A stretch of 64,000 nt of DNA from Thermoplasmatota archaeon (GTDB lineage Archaea; Thermoplasmatota; Thermoplasmata; UBA10834), in the NCBI GenBank assembly GCA_018818785.1, contig JAHIRF010000002.1:135874-199873 (forward strand). The letters run 5' to 3'. Position 1 is the first letter of the stretch. Every line of letters begins with the position of its first letter. Both the position numbers and the translations under genes were made by a program. Positions 28,368 through 37,034 of the stretch are shown here, piece by piece. The notes under the pieces were generated by a model. It ran no database searches and was not told the DNA's origin. It saw only the letters and a list, made by a program, of their open reading frames with translations.

Positions 28368-28868
28368 ATGGTTGAGGAAATGGCGCTTAGATTGAGCAGA
28401 TCGATTAGACAATTCGGCCTGATAGCTGCAGTGGTGGGCGTAGTGGCCATTCTTGCATTTGCAGCCTATGTTCTTGTCTTCTCGACCATTACGGTGTCCG
28501 GCGTGGTGGACCACAAGACGATTGTTGGAATAAGGGACGACTGTCAGTACACCCTTGTGGTCATCGTTCCCTGGGGCATACAGGTCCAGGATTCAGCCCT
28601 TCAGAGTCTCTTCTCTGATAAGGATGTCAATTTGACGATTGACGAGTCATTGGAGTGGGATATCAGGTCTTGCGGATATGCAGAGATACGCTACCTAGCT
28701 AGCGTGAGATTGTCAACGGGAGACTCGGTCAATGATATTGAACCAGGAGGAACTCTCGCCTACTTCGTTAAGAGAGATGACTTCAACAAACTAGGATTCA
28801 TTGATAACCACACAATCAGTGTAGAGAAGTTCGAATTCGCCACCATCAGAGATGTGGACAAGGGTTGA
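28368..28868 (+). CDS. Membrane-anchored hypothetical protein (cassette 1)
   Basis: N-terminal TM helix then beta-rich soluble domain. Confidence 0.7.
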   Translation: MVEEMALRLSRSIRQFGLIAAVVGVVAILAFAAYVLVFSTITVSGVVDHKTIVGIRDDCQYTLVVIVPWGIQVQDSALQSLFSDKDVNLTIDESLEWDIRSCGYAEIRYLASVRLSTGDSVNDIEPGGTLAYFVKRDDFNKLGFIDNHTISVEKFEFATIRDVDKG

Positions 28869-28904
28869 ACGCCTTCTGATGTGCAGTTACGATGAATCCT
28901 GTGT

Positions 28905-29086
28905 AGAATGATGGAAGGGGTTTGGTGAGGGGCAACGATCCCCTCCTAAAATGACCAAAGCGTTTGCTATCTCTCAACGCGTCTCCTCGGCGAAGGTGCC
29001 CTAACAAGGGCATTTTGGACTATGAGCCAGTCATCTTCGTGGTCCATCATCCCAATGAGTCGATGAGAAGAAGCCATAAGAGCGGA
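28905..29086 (+). repeat. Right-arm repeat A + decayed att core + cassette motif copy 2
   Basis: ~150 bp similar to 29674-29821 (last 93 nt ungapped, 14 mismatches by hand count), then ATCCCAatGaGTCgA and TGAGAAGAAGCCATAAGAGCGGA. Confidence 0.88.
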
Positions 29087-29141
29087 ATGCCTGAGTAAAC
29101 TAGATAACAATCCATGTCCATCAACATATAGAGGACTGGCG

Positions 29142-29534
29142 ATGAGGTGTCCGCATTGTGCATTTGAGAGTCCACCAGATAACAATTACTGCGGCCGCTG
29201 TGGAGGAAAACTGGGAGCGATGAGTCCTAACTCAAACGTGCCTGAATGGTTGCGTGACGAAGGGAGAGGTGTTGGAGGAAGCCTATATCCTGAGGCGTCC
29301 TTCATCGACCCTGCTTCGTGGAGCATTGCCCAGAAGAAGAGATGGACAGCATTGGGTGGCATTGCGATGGCATTCATGGTTACATTCATTCTGGCGATAG
29401 CGTTCACGACCACTGACGCATTCACACGAGACCTCTTCTTAATCATGGCCCTTGTCCTTGCGTTCGTATTTGGGTCGATGATTGCTGCCCGCTGCTACAG
29501 AATGTCTATCCGCAAGAAGGAACTCGAGCAATGA
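29142..29534 (+). CDS. Zinc-ribbon + 2-TM protein (cassette 2)
   Basis: MRCPHC..YCGRCG then two hydrophobic helices. Confidence 0.78.
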   Translation: MRCPHCAFESPPDNNYCGRCGGKLGAMSPNSNVPEWLRDEGRGVGGSLYPEASFIDPASWSIAQKKRWTALGGIAMAFMVTFILAIAFTTTDAFTRDLFLIMALVLAFVFGSMIAARCYRMSIRKKELEQ

Positions 29535-29673
29535 ACCGTCACTGGTGCAAAATGTATGCATGAACCGATTCGGAGAACTCGGATGCGAACATCAATTTTA
29601 TGAGATTCATTGATTGCTATGATGATTCATTGCGATTAGATCGTGGGTGTACCTGTTGAAGGGTCATGAGCTG

Positions 29674-29860
29674 AGGATGTTGAAGAGGTTTAGTGAAGGG
29701 TAATTAACCCCTCTAAAAAGAACAACGGGTTTGCTACCTCTCAATCCGCTTCCTCGGCGAAGATGCCCTAACAAGGGCATTTCGGGGTGTGAGCCAGTCA
29801 TCTTGATGGTCCCTAATCCCACAGGGTCCACCAATTCTGAGAAAAGGCCAAAGGGGGGCA
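29674..29860 (+). repeat. Right-arm repeat B + att copy (16 bp tRNA 3' end + CCA) + cassette motif copy 3
   Basis: AATCCCACAGGGTCCA at 29815-29830 equals tRNA 20486-20501, followed by CCA and TGAGAAAAGGCCAAAGGGGGGCA. Confidence 0.9.
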
Positions 29861-29913
29861 AATAGAGGCTTCCCCAGCAAATGATATATGTTCACGATTC
29901 AGTGGCAATCATC

Positions 29914-30123
29914 ATGCAATGCATGCAATGCGGTGCCTCCAATCCGGAAAATGCCAAATCCTGTCAACTTTGCATGAACTCTTTGGAGATAGAAGATTAC
30001 AAAGATCCAGCATTCTACGCAGAGTCACCTTCTTGGAACTCATATGGCAACATCATACTCATACTGGGGCTGCTGTTCACGGCATTCTTCTTGGTGTCGA
30101 TGCTCCTTGTATTCTTCTTTTGA
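29914..30123 (+). CDS. Zinc-ribbon + TM protein (cassette 3)
   Basis: MQCMQCGASNPENAKSCQLC, C-terminal TM. Confidence 0.75.
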   Translation: MQCMQCGASNPENAKSCQLCMNSLEIEDYKDPAFYAESPSWNSYGNIILILGLLFTAFFLVSMLLVFFF

Positions 30124-30180
30124 CGGAAGAAGAGAATGAGTTCGAGCTGAGTTTTCGCATGTCTTCCAAAGATGCTGGGG

Positions 30181-30203
30181 TAAGAAAATGTGATAGAGGC
30201 GGA
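30181..30203 (+). repeat. Cassette motif copy 4
   Basis: TAAGAAAATGTGATAGAGGCGGA. Confidence 0.65.
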
Positions 30204-30223
30204 AGAGCTGACTGTGGAAATGG

Positions 30224-31270
30224 CTACTCAGAATTACTCTTCAGGCGCCATATCTTACGATCTCCTGGCGCGCCATACTGAAAGTAGTGAAAGAGAATCA
30301 CTGAGGTAAGCATGATCAGCTGACCTATCACGCACAGATACCATCCAAGCTGAAGCTTTGCAGCGAATACAGCGCCAACAGTCATAGTTCTGTACTCCCC
30401 GAACACCAGTCCCCAAAACAGAGTCAATGCAAGAGTGACGATCAGTAGGTCCTGAGCGAACTGCAAGATAACCAGACCACTCATCTTGCGGACGAACAAG
30501 CACAGAATGACCAGCGCAGTGGACAGGACTGCTATAACAAGCACAAGGTATACCAGTGGTGAGACTTCGGACCCGTTGTTGGAATAAGGACTCTGACCGT
30601 ACAAGCTTGATGCGGACCCGGAGTTCCAGGCCAGGAAGAATCCCGCCACTGTAATGGCACATCCAAAGACGATGATGGGAATGGATACCCAGAAGAGAGA
30701 TGCTGTGTGGGATTTCGCGGGTGACAGTCTAATCGAATTGCGATTTCCGTCATTTGACTTACAGGCTTCATGATACATGCCCAGTGTTAGCAGGCACGCG
30801 GCCGAACCAGAAAACAACGCAATGAACCACCCAATCACCATTTCGTCAAGTGCAGACCAGAGAACAGATAGATCTGCCGACCCAATTGGCCAAGGCAATT
30901 CCCAGTGGACATAGAGCAATGGTCCCGCCAGGGCCAAGCTGTTCAACATCGACGAGGCACGAAGGGCTACGGTATGCTCCCTCTTCTTGGCGATGGCGAA
31001 CATAGAGAGGAGAAGGGAGATGATTGCGGCCGTAAAGCATATAAAGAGTGCGATCGCCGTGTAGAAAGTAAGACCACTTGAAGGACCGTCCATAAGACTC
31101 GGATACAGCAATTCAAGCGGTCCAGCATAAGAGATACTCGCATAGATCCGCTCCCAGGGAAGGAAATATGCGACTATTACGAGAACCTGAGCGAGCGCTA
31201 GACAATAGCGAAGCCAGAATGCCTTTGCCTTAACCGTACCCTTCAACGATGCTCGCTTCCACCCAGACAT
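30224..31270 (-). CDS. Multi-TM membrane protein with internal duplication (cassette 4)
   Basis: Two halves with FLPW/FLAW and IGW/LGW motifs. Confidence 0.75.
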   Translation of the reverse strand: MSGWKRASLKGTVKAKAFWLRYCLALAQVLVIVAYFLPWERIYASISYAGPLELLYPSLMDGPSSGLTFYTAIALFICFTAAIISLLLSMFAIAKKREHTVALRASSMLNSLALAGPLLYVHWELPWPIGSADLSVLWSALDEMVIGWFIALFSGSAACLLTLGMYHEACKSNDGNRNSIRLSPAKSHTASLFWVSIPIIVFGCAITVAGFFLAWNSGSASSLYGQSPYSNNGSEVSPLVYLVLVIAVLSTALVILCLFVRKMSGLVILQFAQDLLIVTLALTLFWGLVFGEYRTMTVGAVFAAKLQLGWYLCVIGQLIMLTSVILFHYFQYGAPGDRKIWRLKSNSE

Positions 31271-31353
31271 CCATTTAAATCATGCTTTTGCGCTATATTA
31301 ATATCACTCGGATAGACAAGGATTGTAGCTGGAATGCAGATTCGCATATACCG

Positions 31354-31370
31354 TGGGAAAGGCCATAGGA
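31354..31370 (+). repeat. Cassette motif copy 5 (partial)
   Basis: TGGGAAAGGCCATAGGA abutting the stop of the next gene. Confidence 0.5.
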
Positions 31371-31371
31371 C

Positions 31372-31836
31372 CTATTTCTTCTGAGGCGCGCCACAAAACG
31401 GGCACTTGCTTGACGTGACCTCTATCAAGGCGTTGCAGTATGGGCATGGATACTTGACAATCTCCCTGACCACTTCCTTCACGATCGTTGGCTGTGAAGA
31501 GTGAGTAGTCTCTGCACTCTGGCTTGCCATTCCGCTCTGAATAGCAGTTATCCACGGTTCAGGCGTATCGACTTGGAATTCATGGCGGGGAATCCCTGAC
31601 ATCTCTGTAGTGTCAACTACTACCACAAGAATCGGCTTCTGAACCATCCCAAGGATCTTGTTCGCCCTCTGGACATTCATTGACTTAATTGCCTTGAGCG
31701 GAATGGATTGGGTAACATAGTCCTTCCGATTTACCAGACCGCTTCGAGTGACGAACTTGAGCTGCCCGTTCTCCAGCTCAAGAACGCCTGGATTGCCCCT
31801 ATACCAAGCTGGCGATGAATAGGACAGCACACTCAC
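31372..31836 (-). CDS. PH-like domain + C-terminal zinc-ribbon protein (cassette 5)
   Basis: GVLEL..LKF..SIPLKAIKSM PH-like pattern; CPYC..CPFCGAP. Confidence 0.7.
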   Translation of the reverse strand: MSVLSYSSPAWYRGNPGVLELENGQLKFVTRSGLVNRKDYVTQSIPLKAIKSMNVQRANKILGMVQKPILVVVVDTTEMSGIPRHEFQVDTPEPWITAIQSGMASQSAETTHSSQPTIVKEVVREIVKYPCPYCNALIEVTSSKCPFCGAPQKK

Positions 31837-32031
31837 CTATCTGTTCATCGTTCTGCCGCACTGCGGACAAACCGCCTTGGGAGCTGACAGCAATGCCTTG
31901 TGCTTTGGAACGCATCCGAAACAGTAGACCTTCCCAGCGTTCTGTCATCCCTGAGTCTTGCAGATCAATCCCGGTGGCTGCATTAATCCTCCAACCGATT
32001 TCCCACAGTTCACACATATGCCTCGCACCAT
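31837..32031 (-). pseudogene. Cys-rich small ORF interrupted by in-frame TGA (codon 29)
   Basis: SD GGAGTGG + ATG; MVRGICVNCGKSVGGLMQPPGLICKTQG*QNAGKVYCFGC..CPQCGRTMNR. Confidence 0.55.
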
Positions 32032-32087
32032 AACCACTCCGACCTGGCATTTTCCTTTCGGCTCATAAGCCTTCCTGTATTCTCTCT

Positions 32088-32110
32088 TTAGAAAAGGCCA
32101 TAGAGGCGGA
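32088..32110 (+). repeat. Cassette motif copy 6
   Basis: TTAGAAAAGGCCATAGAGGCGGA. Confidence 0.8.
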
Positions 32111-32156
32111 TAGGTATTTAGCCAACTGAGGGCTTTCAGCTATCGGGGGATCCAGA

Positions 32157-32720
32157 ATGGCGAAAGCGGCACTTATGATGGGGATTGCAGTCGCTGTTGT
32201 TGCTCTGATTATCGTTTCATTGTCGTGGGCATACTACAGTCCAGAGTATTCGTGGGATGCCTCTATACGGGACAGCGACGGCGATGGTTATCCCGATAAC
32301 ATCGATCCATATCCTGATGACCCTGCGAAGTGGACATCCCCTTCGGTGACTCCTACAACATCAATTGCGCATGTCACCGTATTCAACGGCATCAAGTTCA
32401 TAATTGGCGCAGGCGCTGAGGTGCCTTGGTCAGATGTCACAATCATACTTTCGGATGGGAGCCAACATGAGGCATGGGACAACATCTCGTCATCAGATCT
32501 GGATGACACAATCTATGATTCCCAAAGCTACGGAGATGAATATGTCGGCGAGTTATGCGTCTCTCTCGTCGTCACAGACCTAGACGGTAATGGTCGAATG
32601 GACGAAATGGACTACTTCACCCTGATAGCAGACGAGTTCTCATATGGGCAGACCTACAGCATTTTCTTGGTCTATGATCCCACTGCAGAGGAAATCACTC
32701 GATGCATCTTCACTGGGTAG
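32157..32720 (+). CDS. Membrane-anchored acidic surface protein with DxDGDG Ca-binding-like motifs (cassette 6)
   Basis: N-terminal TM, DSDGDGYPDNIDPYPDDP, DLDGNG. Confidence 0.72.
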   Translation: MAKAALMMGIAVAVVALIIVSLSWAYYSPEYSWDASIRDSDGDGYPDNIDPYPDDPAKWTSPSVTPTTSIAHVTVFNGIKFIIGAGAEVPWSDVTIILSDGSQHEAWDNISSSDLDDTIYDSQSYGDEYVGELCVSLVVTDLDGNGRMDEMDYFTLIADEFSYGQTYSIFLVYDPTAEEITRCIFTG

Positions 32721-32756
32721 AGGGTCCTTGTACCGAGAAAACGCCATAGAGGCGGA
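32721..32756 (+). repeat. Residual att core AGGGTCC + cassette motif copy 7
   Basis: AGGGTCC-ttgtac-CGAGAAAACGCCATAGAGGCGGA. Confidence 0.8.
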
Positions 32757-32783
32757 AGGACATGCAGCGAACGGTCGATAGAA

Positions 32784-33158
32784 ATGGCAAAGAAGATGAT
32801 TGTATGCAAGAAATGTGGAGTCAAGAATCCAGACTATGCCTTCCGTTGTGGCTCTTGTGCCTCCACGCTCCGCAGTCCTACTGCCAAGGATTCGCGTGCA
32901 ACTCGAGGAGAACAGACATCAGAGGGCCTAGTCGATTCCGTCGACGGACATATGACCAATGACCGAAAACCGATCTGGCAAACAAGATATCGTAACCGCG
33001 TTGCGTTGAACTTGTTCTTGATCGCCCTTTTCGCATTCATTCTTATCATGGACATATTGTCTGGTGCAAGCGCTCTCAACATTGCTGTTGTGCTGGTGTT
33101 TCTGGCTCTTTCCACCACGCGGTTCCTCCTTACTTGGCGGAGGATCCAACAAGCGTAG
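32784..33158 (+). CDS. Zinc-ribbon + 2-TM protein (cassette 7)
   Basis: CKKCGVKNPDYAFRCGSC then two TM helices. Confidence 0.75.
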   Translation: MAKKMIVCKKCGVKNPDYAFRCGSCASTLRSPTAKDSRATRGEQTSEGLVDSVDGHMTNDRKPIWQTRYRNRVALNLFLIALFAFILIMDILSGASALNIAVVLVFLALSTTRFLLTWRRIQQA

Positions 33159-33278
33159 CATCGTTCCTCTGATCCAATCCTATTCAGACGATCATCGACT
33201 AGTTGCTACTCCCGTTGCATAGACCCTGGCGAATGTGTCTGTCCAGAAGGATCTCAGGCATTGGACTCTAGTCTCAGC

Positions 33279-33827
33279 CTATGCAAGCAGGCCAGCGGAC
33301 TTCAGCTCTTCTGTGATCTTGTCGACGGCAGTCTCGGCATCCTCAGGCTTTCGGGCGCCAGTGCAAACAAGTTTCCCGCTGCCGAACAGAAGCATAACTA
33401 CCTTCGGCACGTCGAGACGGTACACGAGTCCGGGGAATTGCTCAGGTTCGTACTCGACCTTCTCAAGACCAAGTGTGATAGCCGTCGCATTGAGGTTGAT
33501 CTTCGCCCCGAGGTTGCTTGTGGCAACGATGTTCTGCACCACGATATCTGGCTCTTTCGTGATCACAACACCAGCAGCTTCTATCTCCTTGACCACCTTG
33601 CCAACAGCAGTCTTGACCTGCTCGAGGCTCTTGGCTCCCGTGCAAACGACCTTTCCGCTCCTGAAAAGCAGCGTCGCCGTCTTAGGTTCTTTGAGCCTGT
33701 ATATCAGACCTGGGAACTGCTCAGGTTCGTATTCCGCACCGTCAAGCGTAATCGCAATCGCCTGAAGATCTAGCTCCACCCCTAGAGATGCTGAGGCGAC
33801 AACGTTCTCTATCTTAATCACTGCCAT
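33279..33827 (-). CDS. tbp: TATA-box binding protein
   Basis: Two repeats of YEPEQFPGL.YR..LLF.SGK.VCTGA. Confidence 0.97.
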   Translation of the reverse strand: MAVIKIENVVASASLGVELDLQAIAITLDGAEYEPEQFPGLIYRLKEPKTATLLFRSGKVVCTGAKSLEQVKTAVGKVVKEIEAAGVVITKEPDIVVQNIVATSNLGAKINLNATAITLGLEKVEYEPEQFPGLVYRLDVPKVVMLLFGSGKLVCTGARKPEDAETAVDKITEELKSAGLLA

Positions 33828-34018
33828 AGGATATGCACCGACCTAACAGTAATGCAATGGATGGCTTATATAGTTTATAAATGAGCGCTTAGTCGGCAAT
33901 GAAGCTCCTCAAAATCGAAAATGTCGATTGTGGCTCATCTTTTATATCCATTTTGGTTTAATTCGAATTGTAGCACGCTGCCCTTATAGCGTCTTCGTCA
34001 CTATCCTATACGATACCA

Positions 34019-34408
34019 TCATTTCCGGCGAATATCACGCAGCTTCACCTCAAGGGCGATAGTATCGAGCAACATACGGAGGCGTCGTCCCTTGCTTTCC
34101 ACCTCTTCGCGGCTAACCGAAGAAGACTCAGGACACAGTTCGTCCACCATCACCTCACCGTCGACAGACATGTTCACAGGGTAGATGACGCAGCCTAAGG
34201 GCCTACGCGAGTACTCCCTGCATCGCTTCATCCCATGATCGTAGAAGAAACAGTATCCTCCAATGTTGCGCAGCCTAGGTATACTATCAACGCCGCGATT
34301 CACGAAATCCTCTCGATTATGACCATTTCTCTCGAGTCGCGCAATATCTGCATCGCATAGCTCCATCTCAGTATCGCTACAGCACTTCTCGCAATGAGAA
34401 CATCGCAT
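34019..34408 (-). CDS. YkgJ/UPF0153 cysteine-cluster protein
   Basis: CSHCEKCC..CFFYD..CREYSRRPLGCVIYP. Confidence 0.85.
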   Translation of the reverse strand: MRCSHCEKCCSDTEMELCDADIARLERNGHNREDFVNRGVDSIPRLRNIGGYCFFYDHGMKRCREYSRRPLGCVIYPVNMSVDGEVMVDELCPESSSVSREEVESKGRRLRMLLDTIALEVKLRDIRRK

Positions 34409-34539
34409 CGAACCTACGAGGTCTGCGGGATAGTTAAAGCTTGGGGCCGTCCGAGCAGATATGTGTTGTGAAAAGAGGCTGGCGCCATTGGTGCGATCGG
34501 TCTCCTTGAAATGCCATTTGCATCAGCCTGCAACAGATG

Positions 34540-35127
34540 TCATTGCAGCTGTTTTCGGCGGTAACAATCCCTCGAATGGTCGTTTACCATACCCACTGCC
34601 TCCATGAAGGCGTAGCATATTGTGGGTCCCACGAATCTGAATCCCCTTCTCTTGAGATCCTTGCTCATCTCGATGGCCTCATCGGACGTAGTCAAGAGTC
34701 TGCACGATTCTCTCTTGGGAGTCATTGTTGGCTTTCCCCTGACGAATTGCCATATGTATGAGTCGAAGGTCCCGAATTCATGCTGAACCCTCACGAATGC
34801 CTTTGCATTGGTTATCGCCGATTCAATCTTCAAACGGTTCCGAATGATGCCCCCATTAGATAATAGCCTGCGGATGTCTTTAGGTCCATAGGCTGCGACC
34901 TTCACGGGATTGAAGTCATCAAACGCCTTCCGATAATTCTCCCGCCTGCGCAATATCGTCATCCACGTGAGGCCTGCCTGCGCCCCCTCAAGCACGAGGA
35001 ATTCGAATAATCTACATTCGTCATGTACCGGCACGCCCCATTCCTTGTCATGGTATTCTATCGAAAGTGGGTCGTCACTAACCCATTCACAGCGCTTCTT
35101 CATCCTATCCCACATAAATATCATCAA
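34540..35127 (-). CDS. tag: DNA-3-methyladenine glycosylase I
   Basis: RCEW, YHDKEWG, LEGAQAGLTW, GIIRNRLKI, FVGPTICYAFMEAVGMVNDH. Confidence 0.94.
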   Translation of the reverse strand: MMIFMWDRMKKRCEWVSDDPLSIEYHDKEWGVPVHDECRLFEFLVLEGAQAGLTWMTILRRRENYRKAFDDFNPVKVAAYGPKDIRRLLSNGGIIRNRLKIESAITNAKAFVRVQHEFGTFDSYIWQFVRGKPTMTPKRESCRLLTTSDEAIEMSKDLKRRGFRFVGPTICYAFMEAVGMVNDHSRDCYRRKQLQ

Positions 35128-35295
35128 ATGGCGGATAATAGCTTCGCAAATAGAGAGCCGTAATACTATGGATTACCCAACGATGTTGAATTCGACTTGA
35201 CCAAAATATAGAAAATATGCGACACTCATGATGGTCTGAGGGATTTCATCACCTCATTGGGCCTCAATGAATGATCAATCTATGACGGGAATCGT

Positions 35296-35973
35296 GTGCC
35301 GATGATGACCATGAACAAGAAACAGACTGTGAGCACAGAGGAGGTCGGAAGGAAGCTGCACCTCGATTACATGTACTCCTCCAAGGACGAATATCAGAAG
35401 ATCCTTGACAATACCAACACCCTTCTGAAACATATACGCAAGCAAAGCCTGGATATCGACAAATTCTTCGACGAGATCATCACGGTCATCAGAAGACGTC
35501 TTTGGATAAGAGAAGTCACTGTCGCTCTGTTCAATCCCGAGAAGAGCTGCTACATGTACAGGTACATGGGCGGTCTCAGGAACGATACCTGGGAAGCACA
35601 TAAAAGCCTATCATACACAAAAGAGGAGCTTGTCAACCCTAATGTGTACAAATCGAGGGAGATCAGCAAAGAGACCATCCTCTTCCTGGCAGAGGACAAC
35701 CCCTACGGGGAGGGTGAGGCTAAGACATACAATCGTCCTGCGATGCTGGAATCCATGAGGCGCTCGGCTGAGGACAGCATAGAGGGCGACTACTTCGATA
35801 TCTGGATACGTGGGAAAAACGACGATATACTGGGCTGGATAGAGATATCTGGAACCATTGATTACAAATTTCCCACCATAGAATCGCTGAAATGGATAGA
35901 GATACTGGCTTCACTGGCAGGCTTGGCAATAGGACTCTCAAATGTCAAGAATGAAAAGGGAAGAAGATTTTGA
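35296..35973 (+). CDS. Hypothetical protein, possibly GAF-like sensor domain
   Basis: Long ORF; VALFNPE..YRYMGG..ILGWIEISG..IEILASLAG pattern. Confidence 0.6.
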   Translation: MPMMTMNKKQTVSTEEVGRKLHLDYMYSSKDEYQKILDNTNTLLKHIRKQSLDIDKFFDEIITVIRRRLWIREVTVALFNPEKSCYMYRYMGGLRNDTWEAHKSLSYTKEELVNPNVYKSREISKETILFLAEDNPYGEGEAKTYNRPAMLESMRRSAEDSIEGDYFDIWIRGKNDDILGWIEISGTIDYKFPTIESLKWIEILASLAGLAIGLSNVKNEKGRRF

Positions 35974-36026
35974 CCAGACCCGTTCGTTCAAGCCTGGTCG
36001 TCGGGTTTTCCTCTGAACTTGTTCCA

Positions 36027-37034
36027 CTAGCGCTTTCTCAGTTTTGGATTGAATATCTCGTCCATTGCATATCCAATGAGGGTGAACCCAAGAACGACAG
36101 CCACAATGCACAACCCAGGCACCACAATCCATAAATAGAGGCCTTGGCGAATGGCGAATGCTGCGTCGGCATCAGCAATCATGTTCCCCCAGGTCACCAC
36201 CTTTGATGAATCGGGTCCGAGTGAGATGTAGCTCAAGGTGCTCTCCGAGAGGATCGAAAGCGCTATCGTCAATATCGCGTTGGCAAACATCAACGGGAAG
36301 ACATTCGGGAAGATATGCTTCCTGACGATGTAATAGTCGCCCGCGCCTACGGCCTTGGCACGTTCCACGAAGGATCGTTCCTTGAGAGAGAACACCTGCG
36401 CCCTGACTATCCTCGCTGTGCTTGACCATCCAGTTATCCCGATGACGAACACGACCTTGGTGACGCTAGCACCTCCTGGCAAGACCGCTGCAAAGACTAT
36501 CATCAATGCCAGCCAAGGTATGACGAGGAACACGTCAGTGATTCTCATCAGGACGTCGTCCTTTATGCCACCCCAATATCCGCTGAGCAATCCAACACCA
36601 GCGCCCATACCCATGGATACCGCTGTAGCCACCAATCCAACTAATAGCGAGACTCTCGTGCCATATACAACTCTTGCTAGAACATCCTGATAGTATGAAT
36701 CCGTGCCCAGCCAGTGTTTGAGTGAAGGCGGCGACTCCTTTGGTGTGCTGTAATCCTGGTCAAAGGGTCCGTATGCCTGGTCCCAACCGCCGATGATAGA
36801 GAGTAATGACATCACCAGTGGAGAGAACACGGCCATCACCACGAATATCATCAGTATTATCAAGCCGGCCATTCCTAGCCGGTTCTTGCGGTATATGCGC
36901 CACATTTTCAACGCATTCTTCTTCATCAGGCGCATTTTCTCTATCGTAGGTTCGGATAGACCAATACGAAATCGAGGTTTGGTCGGAGCCTTGCTGTCCT
37001 TGGGAATATGTATTGAATCATCCATAGCAATCAC
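36027..37034 (-). CDS. Peptide ABC transporter permease (DppC/OppC-like)
   Basis: HWLGTD, GTRVSLLVG, FVERAKAVGA EAA loop. Confidence 0.92.
   Translation of the reverse strand: MIAMDDSIHIPKDSKAPTKPRFRIGLSEPTIEKMRLMKKNALKMWRIYRKNRLGMAGLIILMIFVVMAVFSPLVMSLLSIIGGWDQAYGPFDQDYSTPKESPPSLKHWLGTDSYYQDVLARVVYGTRVSLLVGLVATAVSMGMGAGVGLLSGYWGGIKDDVLMRITDVFLVIPWLALMIVFAAVLPGGASVTKVVFVIGITGWSSTARIVRAQVFSLKERSFVERAKAVGAGDYYIVRKHIFPNVFPLMFANAILTIALSILSESTLSYISLGPDSSKVVTWGNMIADADAAFAIRQGLYLWIVVPGLCIVAVVLGFTLIGYAMDEIFNPKLRKR

Noticed and set aside
28967-29060. Apparently conserved minus-strand peptide (DH.DDWL...NALVRA.SPR.R.ER) in both right-arm repeats
   Set aside because: Differences between copies are mostly non-synonymous and copy B lacks the ATG start; explained by nucleotide-level repeat similarity.
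27992-32756. Recurring motif as a CRISPR array
   Set aside because: Spacing is 0.35-1.2 kb with whole genes between, copies are degenerate, and there are no cas genes in the window.
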